Positions 10,260 through 20,671 of a DNA stretch of 45,213 nt are shown here, one piece after another. The stretch lies in assembly GCA_964529695.1 (NCBI GenBank), contig CAZGZO010000002.1, forward strand, positions 1 to 45,213, given 5' to 3'. A program made the position numbers and the translations under genes. The notes beneath the pieces are model-generated. The model had not been told where the DNA came from, ran no database searches, and worked only from the letters and a program-made list of their open reading frames with translations. The stretch is from an uncultured Lentimicrobiaceae bacterium (GTDB lineage: Bacteria > Bacteroidota > Bacteroidia > Bacteroidales > F082). Each line of letters starts with the position of its first letter. Positions within the stretch are counted from its first letter, which is position 1.

Positions 10260-11174
10260 ATGAAAATCGATTGGAAAGGTGTTTATCCCGCAGTTACGAC
10301 AATGTTTACAGATGACGACAAACTTGACTTTGTTGCTATTGAGAAAAATTATGATGCGCTCGTTGAAGCCGGTGTAAACGGTCTCATCCTGGGAGGGTCA
10401 CTGGGAGAAGCAAGTACGATTTCCGCAGAAGAAAAAGACGCTTTGCTTAAATTTACTGTAAGTCGCTATGGCTCAATGCTACCGGTTTTGATGAATGTTG
10501 CCGAGCAGACAACAGTTCAGGCATGTTATGCTGCAAAAAAAGCAGAAGATTTAGGAGCAAGCGGTCTGATGTTACTTCCCCCTATGCGTTATACATCTGA
10601 TGACCTTGAAACAGTAACTTTCTTGAAAAAAGTGGCTAAATCAACAAACCTGCCAATAATTATTTATAACAATCCGGTCGACTATAAGATTCATGTTACT
10701 ATTGAAATGTTCAAAGAGTTGGTTGCATGTGAAAATATTCAGGCTGTGAAAGAATCAACGCGTGATATTTCAAACGTTACCCGGATGATCAACACTTTTG
10801 GCAGCCGTATCAAAGTGCTTACGGGCGTTGATACGCTGAGCCTGGAAAGCTTGCTCATGGGTGCTGACGGGTGGGTAGCCGGTCTGGTTGATGCTTTTCC
10901 GAAAGAGACGGTGGCCATTTATCGATTGGTTAAAGCCGGAAGAGTCAGTGAGGCATTGAAAATTTATCGTTGGTTCCTGCCTTTGCTGGAACTGGATGTT
11001 TCTACCAAGCTTGTTCAAAATATCAAACTGGCAGGTGTTGCTACGGGAATTAACACTGAAAATGTTCGTGAGCCCCGTTTAAAACTTTATGGTGGTGAGC
11101 GAAAGAAAGTTCAGGCTATTATTGACAAGGCAATGAAAATCCGTCCGGTTTTACCGGATTATCTAAACCTTTAA
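10260..11174 (+). CDS. DHDPS/NAL family protein, probable delta1-pyrroline-4-hydroxy-2-carboxylate deaminase (LhpC-like)
   Basis: GSLGE, IIYNNP and Schiff-base AVKES motifs; operon context with a hydroxyproline epimerase. Confidence 0.85.
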   Translation: MKIDWKGVYPAVTTMFTDDDKLDFVAIEKNYDALVEAGVNGLILGGSLGEASTISAEEKDALLKFTVSRYGSMLPVLMNVAEQTTVQACYAAKKAEDLGASGLMLLPPMRYTSDDLETVTFLKKVAKSTNLPIIIYNNPVDYKIHVTIEMFKELVACENIQAVKESTRDISNVTRMINTFGSRIKVLTGVDTLSLESLLMGADGWVAGLVDAFPKETVAIYRLVKAGRVSEALKIYRWFLPLLELDVSTKLVQNIKLAGVATGINTENVREPRLKLYGGERKKVQAIIDKAMKIRPVLPDYLNL

Positions 11175-11185
11175 AATTGAAACGA

Positions 11186-12775
11186 ATGATTTACGGAGAA
11201 AATAGAATTGGATACGATTTATCCGCGCTTGGAAATAAGAAATTTAAAGCGTTTAACCCGGCAACAGGTAAGGAATTGCAAAATGAGTTTATTGTCGCAA
11301 CCCATGAGGAGATAAATTTAGCGCTGGAAAAAGCACAATCAGCTTTTCCGGAATATTCCTCGCTATCAGGAGCGACCAGAGCAGCTTTTCTGAAAACCAT
11401 CGCTGAGGAAATCATGGCGTTGGGTGATGAACTTATCAAAACGGCTGCTGCCGAAACTGGACTTCCTGAATCCCGTATCACAGGTGAGCGTGGACGAACT
11501 GTGGGCCAGATAGCCATGTTTGCCGATCTGATTCGGGAAGGTTCCTGGGTGGGTGCTTCTTTGGACACGGCAAACCCTGAGCGTAAACCTGTTCCAAAGC
11601 CGGATATTAGGAGAATGTCAAAGCCCGTGGGCCCTGTTGTGGTCTTCTCTGCCAGTAATTTTCCATTGGCATTTTCAACTGCCGGAGGAGATACGGTTTC
11701 AGCGTTGGCAGCAGGGAACCCGGTGATTGTGAAAGCACATCCTTCACATCCTTCAACCAATTTTTTGGTTGGTGAAGCCATTAATAAGGCGGCAATGCGC
11801 ACAGGCATGCCTGATGGCATTTTTTCGACTTTGTATTCCAACACGTATGAATTAGGCCTTTCGCTGGTGAAACATCCGCTGACTAAATCTGTGGCATTTA
11901 CCGGCTCCTATCATGGAGGGATGGCCTTATATAAAGCTGCTCAGGAACGTGAAGAACCCATCCCCATTTTTGCAGAAATGGGTAGTGTTAATCCTGTAAT
12001 CCTTTTACCGGAAAAAATACGACAAGATGCTAAATCTGTGGCAAATAAATTAGCTGGATCTATCACAGCCGGCGCCGGTCAGTTTTGTACCAATCCCGGC
12101 CTGATGGCATCTGTAAAAGGAGAAGTTCTTGATCAATTTTTATCTGTATTGTCATCAGAAATAAAAAGTATAGCAGGACAAACCATGCTGAACGCAGGGA
12201 TTTGGAATAATTTTAATAAAAAAAGAACGGAGACACTCAAAGAAAAAGGAGTAAACCTGATTTCAGAAAAGGTTGAACCCGGGGATGAGCAAATGAAAGC
12301 CTATCCTGCCATAGCAACGGTCAACTATTCTGATTTTAAGAAAAACCCAAACCTGCAGGATGAGGTTTTCGGACCATTTTCCCTGGTAGTTATCTGTGAG
12401 AATGAGCGTGAATTACAGGAATTTGCAAGTAGTCTAAAAGGTCAGCTTACCGTTTCGGTTTTTGCTGCAGGAAATGATTTTAAACAAAATCGTGATCTTT
12501 TCAATATTTTGGAGCAAAAAGCCGGGCGGTCAATCATTAACGGAGTGCCCACGGGCGTTGAAGTATGTGCGTCGATGCAGCACGGAGGGCCTTTCCCGGC
12601 TTCGACCGATGCACGGTTTACTTCTGTAGGAACTGAAGCTATTAAGCGATTTGTGCGACCGGTAGCTTTTCAGGATTTTCCGGATGAACTGTTGCCTGCA
12701 GAACTTCAGTCGGCCAACCCATTGCATATATGGCGTAAAGTAAACGGTGAGTTAACCCAGTCTGGTATTAAGTGA
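11186..12775 (+). CDS. Alpha-ketoglutaric semialdehyde dehydrogenase (NADP-dependent aldehyde dehydrogenase)
   Basis: ASNFPLAFSTAGGDT, FTGS, EMGSVNP, GQFCTNPG, EVFGP, HGGPFPA; alternative TTG start at 11177. Confidence 0.9.
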   Translation: MIYGENRIGYDLSALGNKKFKAFNPATGKELQNEFIVATHEEINLALEKAQSAFPEYSSLSGATRAAFLKTIAEEIMALGDELIKTAAAETGLPESRITGERGRTVGQIAMFADLIREGSWVGASLDTANPERKPVPKPDIRRMSKPVGPVVVFSASNFPLAFSTAGGDTVSALAAGNPVIVKAHPSHPSTNFLVGEAINKAAMRTGMPDGIFSTLYSNTYELGLSLVKHPLTKSVAFTGSYHGGMALYKAAQEREEPIPIFAEMGSVNPVILLPEKIRQDAKSVANKLAGSITAGAGQFCTNPGLMASVKGEVLDQFLSVLSSEIKSIAGQTMLNAGIWNNFNKKRTETLKEKGVNLISEKVEPGDEQMKAYPAIATVNYSDFKKNPNLQDEVFGPFSLVVICENERELQEFASSLKGQLTVSVFAAGNDFKQNRDLFNILEQKAGRSIINGVPTGVEVCASMQHGGPFPASTDARFTSVGTEAIKRFVRPVAFQDFPDELLPAELQSANPLHIWRKVNGELTQSGIK

Positions 12776-12782
12776 GAAAGCG

Positions 12783-13787
12783 ATGTCGCGTAAAATGTTT
12801 TTTTGTGTGGATGCACATACCTGCGGGAATCCGGTAAGAGTGATTGCCGGTGGCGGACCTGTGCTGAAAGGAAATTCCATGTTCGAGAAGCGACTCTATT
12901 TTATGGAGCATTTCGACTGGATACGAAAGGGGTTGATGTTTGAGCCCCGCGGCCACGATATGATGTCTGGAAGTATTTTGTTCCCACCGTCTGATTCTGA
13001 AAACGATGCTGGTATCTTATTTATCGAAACCAGCGGATGCCTGCCAATGTGCGGGCATGGAACCATTGGTACGGTGACGGTTGCTGTTGAGGAAGGATTA
13101 ATCGTTCCAAAAATACCCGGATTTTTAAAACTTGAAGTTCCGGCGGGACTGATAAAGGTCCGGTATAAGCAGGAAGGGAAAAAAGTTAAATCAGTAAAAA
13201 TCATTAATGTTCCCAGCTACCTGGCGGGAGAGAATCTTGAAATTGAATCGCCGGATTTGGGGAAGTTAACTTTTGACGTGGCTTACGGTGGAAATTTTTA
13301 CGCTATCATCGACCCGCAAAAAAATTTTAGAGGATTGCATCACCATACCGCATCAGAGATTATTCCCTGGAGTCGTACCATCAGGGAATTGATAAACAAA
13401 AAGTACACTTTTTCACACCCTGAGAATCATCTTATATCCGGTGTCAGCCATGTTTTATGGACCGGCAAAACAATTGACTCAGCTTCAACGGCGAGAGCTG
13501 CTGTATTTTACGGCGATAAAGCAATCGACCGTTCTCCTTGTGGAACAGGTACTTCTGCTCGTATGGCTCAATGGTCTGCAAAAGGAAAACTTAAAAAAGG
13601 CGATATTTTTATTCACGAAAGTATTATTGGTAGCAAATTTACCGGCACCATTGAAGAATATGCAACAGTTGGTGATTTTCCGGCGATTGTTCCGGGAATT
13701 GAAGGCTGGGCCAGGATAACCGGATACAATAATATTATCATCGATACCGAAGATGATCCTTTTGCTTATGGATTTCAGGTAATCTAA
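12783..13787 (+). CDS. lhpA: 4-hydroxyproline 2-epimerase (proline racemase family)
   Basis: Catalytic Cys pair in MCGHG and DRSPCGTG; EPRGHDMMSG has Ser where proline racemases have Phe. Confidence 0.9.
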   Translation: MSRKMFFCVDAHTCGNPVRVIAGGGPVLKGNSMFEKRLYFMEHFDWIRKGLMFEPRGHDMMSGSILFPPSDSENDAGILFIETSGCLPMCGHGTIGTVTVAVEEGLIVPKIPGFLKLEVPAGLIKVRYKQEGKKVKSVKIINVPSYLAGENLEIESPDLGKLTFDVAYGGNFYAIIDPQKNFRGLHHHTASEIIPWSRTIRELINKKYTFSHPENHLISGVSHVLWTGKTIDSASTARAAVFYGDKAIDRSPCGTGTSARMAQWSAKGKLKKGDIFIHESIIGSKFTGTIEEYATVGDFPAIVPGIEGWARITGYNNIIIDTEDDPFAYGFQVI

Positions 13788-13805
13788 CCATTTTTATATC
13801 ATTAC

Positions 13806-15044
13806 ATGAAGAAAGTATTAGTTGCTGGCGGTGGAATTATGGGGCTTACTGCTGCATGGTATCTGGCAGAGGCAGGTCACGAAGTAACTCTTATTGACAA
13901 ATATGATTTCCTTACCAATTGTTCCACTGGAAATGCCGGGATGATTGTTCCCAGTCATTTTATACCGCTGGCTTCGCCGGGTATCATCTTGCAAGGTGTT
14001 AAATGGATATTTAATCCATTTAGCCCCTTTTCTATGAATTTTAAACCCAATCTCGATTTACTGAAATGGGGTATGGAGTTTTGGTCTTCGAGCAATGAAA
14101 AACATGTTGCAAAATCTGCGTCAGTTTTGTTGGATTTTAATCTGCTCAGCAAAGAATTGTATCAAGATCTATCCCATGACATTCCAGGAATGCAACTGAA
14201 AGAAAAAGGATTGCTCATGCTTTGTCATTCCCTTGAAAAACTGGAAGAAGAATTTAAAATTGCAGATCAGGCTATTGAATTGGGGCTTGATATTGAAAAG
14301 GTTGACAAACAGGCACTAAGAAGATTTCAGACTGAAACGATTATTGATGGAGCCGGAGGTGTTTTATACAAAAGTGATGCGCACTTGTCTCCTGAAAAAC
14401 TAACACTGGGTTTGATTGATCTGCTCAGCAGGTGTAAAAATGTTTCAATGGTTGCTTATACTGAGTTGATCGATTTTATTGATAGTAATGGTAAAATCAG
14501 CGGCATAAAGACAAGTAAAGGGGAAATGAAATTCGATGAGTTAGTTATCGCGACCGGAGCTTTTTCGCAGCGGATATTCAGGAAATTAAATGTTCGGGCA
14601 AAGATTCAACCGGGGAAAGGTTACAGTTTCCAGTACTACGGTCCTTCGCTTATCACTACTCCGGCAATATTGGTAGATGGCAGGGTTTCCGTGACTCCTT
14701 ATGAGCAGTTTACCCGTTTTGCCGGGACTATGGAAATAGGAGGTGTACAAAGGATGATTAAACAACACAAAGTGGAAGGAATTGTTAATTCTGTTCGCAG
14801 ATTTTTTCCTGAAATAGATTTGAAGGTGCCCCGGCTAGATAAAATTTGGACCGGATTACGACCTTGCAGTAGCGATGGTTTACCCTATATTGGGCGCATC
14901 GGAAAGTATCGGAATGTCGTTATTGCGACGGGCCATAGCATGATGGGAATATCGCTTGCTCCGGCTACTGCCAAATTAGTTGAAGAACTGATCTCCGGTA
15001 AGAAATTATCATTTGATATTCAGGCTTTTGACCCCAATCGATGA
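13806..15044 (+). CDS. FAD-dependent D-amino acid dehydrogenase (DadA family), probable D-hydroxyproline dehydrogenase
   Basis: GGGIMG Rossmann motif, STGNAG, KGYS, WTGLRP, DGLPYIG, TGHSMMG; operon context. Confidence 0.85.
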   Translation: MKKVLVAGGGIMGLTAAWYLAEAGHEVTLIDKYDFLTNCSTGNAGMIVPSHFIPLASPGIILQGVKWIFNPFSPFSMNFKPNLDLLKWGMEFWSSSNEKHVAKSASVLLDFNLLSKELYQDLSHDIPGMQLKEKGLLMLCHSLEKLEEEFKIADQAIELGLDIEKVDKQALRRFQTETIIDGAGGVLYKSDAHLSPEKLTLGLIDLLSRCKNVSMVAYTELIDFIDSNGKISGIKTSKGEMKFDELVIATGAFSQRIFRKLNVRAKIQPGKGYSFQYYGPSLITTPAILVDGRVSVTPYEQFTRFAGTMEIGGVQRMIKQHKVEGIVNSVRRFFPEIDLKVPRLDKIWTGLRPCSSDGLPYIGRIGKYRNVVIATGHSMMGISLAPATAKLVEELISGKKLSFDIQAFDPNR

Positions 15045-15081
15045 CTTAGGGATTGTGATCTGCTCAGGTCTAGAGCAAAAG

Positions 15082-16623
15082 TTAACCAATATATTTTTGT
15101 AGTATATTCTGTAGGTTTTTGATTTTTACAGGTTTATACAAGCAATCGTTGTATCCTGCATCATAAGCATCCTGGGGCGAAATATTAAAAGCAAGTCCGG
15201 TCTGGGCAATCAAAGGGATGTTTTTGTTGATTTTCCTGATATTAACAGCAAGATCTAAACCATTCAAAATAGGCATCTGGACATCTAAGATACAGAGATC
15301 AATTGCATCCTTGTTTTCCTTGAATAGCTCCCAGGCTTCCTGACCGTTTTTAGCAAGTAATAACCTGACACCGGTATTGCGAAATGCATGTTTGAAAAAA
15401 GTCAGGACGACTTCAATATCATCAGCAATCAAAATAGTTTTGTTTTCCCAATCTCCAACAAGAGCGCTTGAAAGATTTTCTTCTCTGAATTTTGATTTTT
15501 TGGGATTCGAAGCTTCTTCTAAGTAAGGTAGTGAAAATTTAAAGATACTGCCTTTTCCATAGTCAGAATTCAACGTTAAGGCCCCGCCCATAGCTTTGAT
15601 TATTTCTTTAGCTATGGGAAGTCCCAAACCGGTTCCTTCAAGTGTTTTTGTATAGATATCTTCTACCTGACCATAGCGTTCAAAAATGATATTTTGCTTT
15701 TCTTTTGATATCCCTACGCCGGTATCTTTAACATAAAACTCCAGAGTTTTTGACTTTTCTCCCTGAGGAAGACTGAAACCCAGCTCAATGAACCCACTAG
15801 GGGTAAATTTAATTGCATTGCTCATGAGATTATCAAACACCTGTTGAAGCCGCATTTTATCACATTCAAATTCATAGGTTTCCAAATCAGGGATATTCAG
15901 CCTAATGTCAACTTGGGGGTTTGTGTTGCGGAGTTTAAATTCTCTGTGAACATCTGCCATGAAATCTTTTAATGAGAATTTTTGATTGAAGATGTTCAGG
16001 TCACCGTTTTCCTGTTTCGAGTTTTCAAGAATCTCGTTGATAATATTTAAAAGATGATACCCGTTTTGAATGATGATTTTTATGTATTCTTTTCTGTCTT
16101 TTTCGGTTAGTGTTGTATCAGTCAACAATTCGGAGAAGCCAACAATGGTATTCATCGGAGTCCTGATTTCGTGTGACATATTAGACAGAAAATCGATTTT
16201 TTGTTTTTCACTTTTTTCCGCTAATTCTTTAGCAGCAATTAGTTTTTCATGTGAATGTTTAAGATCTATTTGAGTCTTTACCCTAAGCAAAAGCTCTTCC
16301 TTGTTGAAAGGTTTGGAAATATAATCCACGCCGCCCACTTCAAAACCTTTCTTGATGCTTTCAATATCATTACGGACGGTAAAGAAAATAACTGGAACAT
16401 ATTTAGCTTCAGCGGATTTCAACTTTCTACATACTTCAAAACCGTCAATGTCAGGTAAAATTATATCCAGCAAAATCAAATCAAAACTATTTGATTTTAC
16501 TTTTTTTAAAGCATCGGAACCATCCTTGGCAAATGCCACCCTATATTCAGATTTCGACAAATATCTGCCGATGAGTTTTCTCGTTATAAGGGAATCATCT
16601 ACTACTAAAACTTGGTTGTTCAT
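15082..16623 (-). CDS. Cytoplasmic hybrid histidine kinase (REC-HisKA-HATPase-REC)
   Basis: VVDD...LLDIILP...SKP receiver; MSHEIRTP H-box; NAIKFT, DTGVGI, GTGLGL; C-terminal receiver ILDVQMP; no transmembrane segment. Confidence 0.92.
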   Translation of the reverse strand: MNNQVLVVDDSLITRKLIGRYLSKSEYRVAFAKDGSDALKKVKSNSFDLILLDIILPDIDGFEVCRKLKSAEAKYVPVIFFTVRNDIESIKKGFEVGGVDYISKPFNKEELLLRVKTQIDLKHSHEKLIAAKELAEKSEKQKIDFLSNMSHEIRTPMNTIVGFSELLTDTTLTEKDRKEYIKIIIQNGYHLLNIINEILENSKQENGDLNIFNQKFSLKDFMADVHREFKLRNTNPQVDIRLNIPDLETYEFECDKMRLQQVFDNLMSNAIKFTPSGFIELGFSLPQGEKSKTLEFYVKDTGVGISKEKQNIIFERYGQVEDIYTKTLEGTGLGLPIAKEIIKAMGGALTLNSDYGKGSIFKFSLPYLEEASNPKKSKFREENLSSALVGDWENKTILIADDIEVVLTFFKHAFRNTGVRLLLAKNGQEAWELFKENKDAIDLCILDVQMPILNGLDLAVNIRKINKNIPLIAQTGLAFNISPQDAYDAGYNDCLYKPVKIKNLQNILQKYIG

Positions 16624-16664
16624 AAAAACTTATGCCTTTGGGTTATTCTATGCCTAGTAACCTA

Positions 16665-16672
16665 CAAATGTA
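16665..16672 (-). promoter_or_regulatory. Bacteroidota -7 promoter box for the hybrid kinase
   Basis: TACATTTG on the minus strand about 40 nt upstream of the ATG. Confidence 0.5.
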
Positions 16673-16777
16673 AACGAATTTTTCAGTTTTTATTATCTAT
16701 TTAAGAGGTTAAAAGAAATTAACAAGCAGTTGCTAATAAAATTTTACTCAAAGGAATTTCATTCAATATTAAGATGA

Positions 16778-16785
16778 TAATTTTG
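16778..16785 (+). promoter_or_regulatory. Bacteroidota -7 promoter box for the J-domain gene
   Basis: TAATTTTG about 20 nt upstream of ATG 16807. Confidence 0.45.
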
Positions 16786-16806
16786 ATATGGATTTAAAAT
16801 TATATC

Positions 16807-17163
16807 ATGCGTTATTTCTCTGAAGATATTGACGATGAGATTCAGGCTCGTTTGAATTACAAGAGGTTGGCTGTCATGTTTCATCCCGACAGGGGTGGCG
16901 ATGAAAATATTATGCGGGAGATAAACAGGGAATATGATATAATTAAAAGAAAGCTAAGGAAACCGGCAAAGAATTTGATGGATGTCCGTATTGGCGATAC
17001 GATATTGGTAAATGGAACGGAATGCAAGGTTACTGCCGTTTTCAGTAAAACTTTTTTTGCCAAAGCCAACGGCAGACATCGTTTTGCCGTTTTTGATAAA
17101 GAAACCGGTGTCGCGCTCTATGACGAGACACTAAAAGCAGAACCCTTTTTACAAGACCAATAA
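16807..17163 (+). CDS. Small J-domain-containing protein
   Basis: YKRLAVMFHPDRGGD...MREINREY (HPD motif); beta-rich C-terminal domain. Confidence 0.75.
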   Translation: MRYFSEDIDDEIQARLNYKRLAVMFHPDRGGDENIMREINREYDIIKRKLRKPAKNLMDVRIGDTILVNGTECKVTAVFSKTFFAKANGRHRFAVFDKETGVALYDETLKAEPFLQDQ

Positions 17164-17394
17164 ACCATCTTATCAGGGGATATTTGAATATACTGGGAAC
17201 GTCGTTTTCGTAATCAGACAATTTGATTTGTTTAACAGAAAACGGGTAAATTAATTTATAGTACCAATCGAAAACCAGGCCTTGAATTTTAGTTTTAGAC
17301 TTCATCTGATACTTATAAAATGTGTAAATTGCGTCCAGAAGAAATTTCGTAAAGTAGATTTCGACTCAAGAAAAAGGATATTTATATATAAAGG

Positions 17395-17706
17395 ATGCTG
17401 ACCATACAAGATAAAGATCTGGCAGAGATAGTATGTAAATTCTCAGGAGATCTGGGCATCTCTTCCATTCAGGAAACCTACCAGGTTTTGGAAAAACTTG
17501 ATCTGTCTTTTTCAAAGTGTAAATGTTTCATCACAGATGTTGATAGTATTGACCTGAGTTTTTTTCAAATGTTATTGGCATTTGGGATGAAATTGAAAGA
17601 TTCAGGAAAACAGATAAGTTTTGAATTTACCCTGGATGAAGAATATCAAAGGATATTTCAGCGTTCAGGATTAGAGGATGCATTTGATAAACTGCTAGCA
17701 AAATGA
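17395..17706 (+). CDS. STAS domain protein of the chemosensory operon
   Basis: SGDL...DVDSIDLSFFQMLLA...SGL STAS pattern; stop overlaps the cheY start (ATGA). Confidence 0.8.
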   Translation: MLTIQDKDLAEIVCKFSGDLGISSIQETYQVLEKLDLSFSKCKCFITDVDSIDLSFFQMLLAFGMKLKDSGKQISFEFTLDEEYQRIFQRSGLEDAFDKLLAK

Positions 17707-18077
17707 ACAAAATGAATAAAACAATTTTGGTTGTTGATGATTCACAGAGCTTAAGAAACCTGGTCAGGTTAGTTCTTGAAAATGAGGGATTCAGGATTCT
17801 GCTTGCCGAAAATGGGAAAGATGCTTTAGAAAAGATGACATCTGAAGAAATACAGCTCCTCGTCACCGATTTACATATGCCCGTAATGGATGGAATGGAA
17901 CTGGTGAGAAATGTGAGGAAGTTAGAAACATACAGGTTTGTACCTATTTTGATACTGACAACAGAAACGAATAGCCAGATAAAAATTCGAGCCAAAGAAT
18001 TAGGAGCTACCGGCTGGATTACGAAACCCTTTGACAACAAAAAACTAATTAAGGTTATTAAAAGGGTCTTGAGATAA
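17703..18077 (+). CDS. cheY: Chemotaxis response regulator CheY
   Basis: Stand-alone receiver: VVDDS, VTDLHMP, ILTTE, GATGWITKPF; stop overlaps the cheA start (TAATG); alternative start at 17712. Confidence 0.9.
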   Translation: MNKMNKTILVVDDSQSLRNLVRLVLENEGFRILLAENGKDALEKMTSEEIQLLVTDLHMPVMDGMELVRNVRKLETYRFVPILILTTETNSQIKIRAKELGATGWITKPFDNKKLIKVIKRVLR

Positions 18078-20173
18078 TGGAAGATTTATCGGAGAAATTT
18101 GTCGAAGAAGCAAACGAACTGATTGAGATTCTGGAAGAATCGCTTCTCGAGTTGGAGACTAGCCCTGAGAATGATTTGAAAATTAATGAAGTTTTCAGGG
18201 TGATGCATTCTCTGAAGGGAACTGGTGCTATGTTTGGCTTCGATGATCTGAGCTCTTTCACACACGAATTAGAAAGTGTCTATGATTTAGTTAGAGGAAA
18301 TAAATTAGAGATTACCAAAGACTTACTGGATACAACATTTAAGAGTGTTGATGTCATTAAATCGCTTTTAAATCTGTCAAATGATGATGCAACGCTTGCT
18401 CGGAAAGATCAATTTACTGAACAAATACGGGAAAAGTTTTTACCTAAATCTAATGGTGGTTCACAAAAAGAAAAACTGAATTTGGGAGACAACTCCGGTA
18501 GTCAAAATTCTCTAAAGAAAAGTAAAAAGATTAAAACCTATTTAATTCGTTTTCAACCTAATGAAGATATTCAGAAAAATGGTACACATCCACTTTATTT
18601 GATAGACGAATTGCTGGATCTGGGAGCGGGAAGAGCTTTTCTCCATACCGAAAATTTGCCTGATTTCGACGAAATCGATCCTAATAATATCTACATGGAA
18701 TGGGAGTTCTTACTTTCTACTTCTGAAAGTATCAGTAGCATTCAGGAGGTTTTTATTTTTGTTGAGGATAGTAGTGTGCTTGAATTTAACCCCATTGCCG
18801 AATTCGATATCTTTTTATTTGAAAATGTTGATTCTTTAATAACATCGCTTCAATTTGATATTTCCATTGACCAGGAAAAAATAAATAAATTGCTCGATGG
18901 ACTAAACGATCAACCGGCTGAAGACGATTCAAATAAAGATAATTCCTCAAAAGATGAGCCTGTAACTGCTGAAAATAAAGCTAATTCTGATAAGAAACCT
19001 CTGGGCGTAGTTAATTCTGGTTTGGAGATGAACACGGTGCGTGTTTCCTCTAAAAAGTTGGACATGATGCTGGACCTTATCAGTGAAATGATTACGGCCC
19101 AGGCCCGGCTTGAACATTTGAGTAGTGAACTAAAAGATCCTGAACTGGTATTGGTTGCAGAATCTTTTCAAAAGCTTTCCAGGCGGCTTAGAGAAAATAC
19201 TTTGGAAATAAGGTTGATTCCTATTTATTCGTTGGTGACGCGGTTTAAGCGACTAGTAAGAGATTTGTCGGATGAGTTGGAAAAGAAAGTCAGGTTTGTA
19301 GCTTATGGAACAGAAACAGAGCTTGATAAATCAATAATCGAAAAGCTTTACGATCCATTGATGCATATAATCCGTAATTGCCTCGACCACGGAATCGAAT
19401 CACCGGAGGCCAGGTTAGAAGCCCAAAAACCTGATGCCGGATTGTTAGAACTCAATGTATATTATTCCGGGACAAATGTCGTTATTGAGATAAAAGATGA
19501 TGGTTCCGGAATTGATCTGGAAAGTGTCAGGAAAAAGGCAATCGAAAGAAATCTGATTCAGGCCGGTGACGTTCCGGATAATAAAGAATTGATGGACCTT
19601 ATTTTTTTACCGGGCCTAAGTACTTCCGAAACTGTTAGTAAAGTATCGGGCAGAGGTGTTGGGTTGGATGTAGTTAAAAAGAATATTTCAGATCTTAGAG
19701 GAGACCTGGAGGTGATGAGCACTCCGGGTCAGGGAACTACATTCAGAATATTGTTGCCGCTGACGCTTTCTATCATTGACGGTTTGCTGGTCCAAATTGG
19801 TGAAATGAGGTGTTTAATTCCGATTGAAAATATTAGTCAGGTTTTTGAACTAAAAGCGGAGGAACTCGAAACGAATTTTAATCAGGTAGTTGTAAGAGAA
19901 GAAAGGCAAATTCATTATATCAACCTGGTGGAAGAGTTTTCAAACGACCAGAACAAAAAACAATATGGATTTTTGGTCGTTGTGAGATTTGATGAAAGAG
20001 AGACAGGATTAGTGATTAGTTCAATTTTAGGAAAACATCAGGCGGTTATAAAACCGTTAAACAAATTAATCCGTGGGCAGGAGATGTTTTTAGGTGCAAC
20101 TGTTCTTGGAGACGGTGAAGTAACTTTGGTCCTTGATGCTATTAAGACAATTCAAAAGTTTTTTAATAATTAA
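18077..20173 (+). CDS. cheA: Chemotaxis histidine kinase CheA
   Basis: Hpt FRVMHSLKG; dimerisation VRVSSKKLD; HIIRNCLDHGIE, DDGSG, SGRGVGLDVV; LPLTLSII and C-terminal CheW-like domain. Confidence 0.97.
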   Translation: MEDLSEKFVEEANELIEILEESLLELETSPENDLKINEVFRVMHSLKGTGAMFGFDDLSSFTHELESVYDLVRGNKLEITKDLLDTTFKSVDVIKSLLNLSNDDATLARKDQFTEQIREKFLPKSNGGSQKEKLNLGDNSGSQNSLKKSKKIKTYLIRFQPNEDIQKNGTHPLYLIDELLDLGAGRAFLHTENLPDFDEIDPNNIYMEWEFLLSTSESISSIQEVFIFVEDSSVLEFNPIAEFDIFLFENVDSLITSLQFDISIDQEKINKLLDGLNDQPAEDDSNKDNSSKDEPVTAENKANSDKKPLGVVNSGLEMNTVRVSSKKLDMMLDLISEMITAQARLEHLSSELKDPELVLVAESFQKLSRRLRENTLEIRLIPIYSLVTRFKRLVRDLSDELEKKVRFVAYGTETELDKSIIEKLYDPLMHIIRNCLDHGIESPEARLEAQKPDAGLLELNVYYSGTNVVIEIKDDGSGIDLESVRKKAIERNLIQAGDVPDNKELMDLIFLPGLSTSETVSKVSGRGVGLDVVKKNISDLRGDLEVMSTPGQGTTFRILLPLTLSIIDGLLVQIGEMRCLIPIENISQVFELKAEELETNFNQVVVREERQIHYINLVEEFSNDQNKKQYGFLVVVRFDERETGLVISSILGKHQAVIKPLNKLIRGQEMFLGATVLGDGEVTLVLDAIKTIQKFFNN

Positions 20174-20177
20174 AATT

Positions 20178-20660
20178 ATGGAGACAGTAGCCCCCGATGT
20201 TAAAAAACACTTTATTTCCTTTACCTTAGGTAAAGAGTATTTTGCTGTTGATGTTCAGAATGTTATCCAGGTTTTTCAGGTTGCAAATATTACACGAGTT
20301 CCCCAGGCACCCAAATTCTTAAAAGGGGTGACTAATTTTAACGGAAATGTGATTCCGGTTATAAATACCTACCTGAAATTTGGGTTTGATGAACCTCAGA
20401 ATACAGCGCGTCAGTTGATAATAATCCTTTCCATTCAGGTCGAAGAAAGTACTGCTGAGGTAGGAATCCTAGTCGATAAATCGGAAGAGGTATTTGAAAT
20501 TAATGAACAAGAATTGAAACCTTATCCGGTGCAGGATGGAAAATATAAAACGGATTACATTAACTGGGTGATTCACCGAAAAGGAAAATTTTTGCTGGTT
20601 GTCGATGTTGCCAAGATGTTTAGTAAACAGGATTTTGACGAATTTGTTAAACAAGAATAA
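20178..20660 (+). CDS. cheW: Chemotaxis adaptor CheW
   Basis: [36 protein letters not shown]; ATG at 20178 preferred to the overlapping 20133 start. Confidence 0.93.
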   Translation: METVAPDVKKHFISFTLGKEYFAVDVQNVIQVFQVANITRVPQAPKFLKGVTNFNGNVIPVINTYLKFGFDEPQNTARQLIIILSIQVEESTAEVGILVDKSEEVFEINEQELKPYPVQDGKYKTDYINWVIHRKGKFLLVVDVAKMFSKQDFDEFVKQE

Positions 20661-20671
20661 AAGATATAGAT

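Noticed and set aside
10260-11174. Annotation as dapA (lysine biosynthesis)
   Set aside because: GSLGE rather than GTTGE, plus the hydroxyproline operon context, favour the deaminase.
12783-13787. Annotation as proline racemase
   Set aside because: Ser at the specificity position and the neighbouring genes indicate hydroxyproline epimerase.
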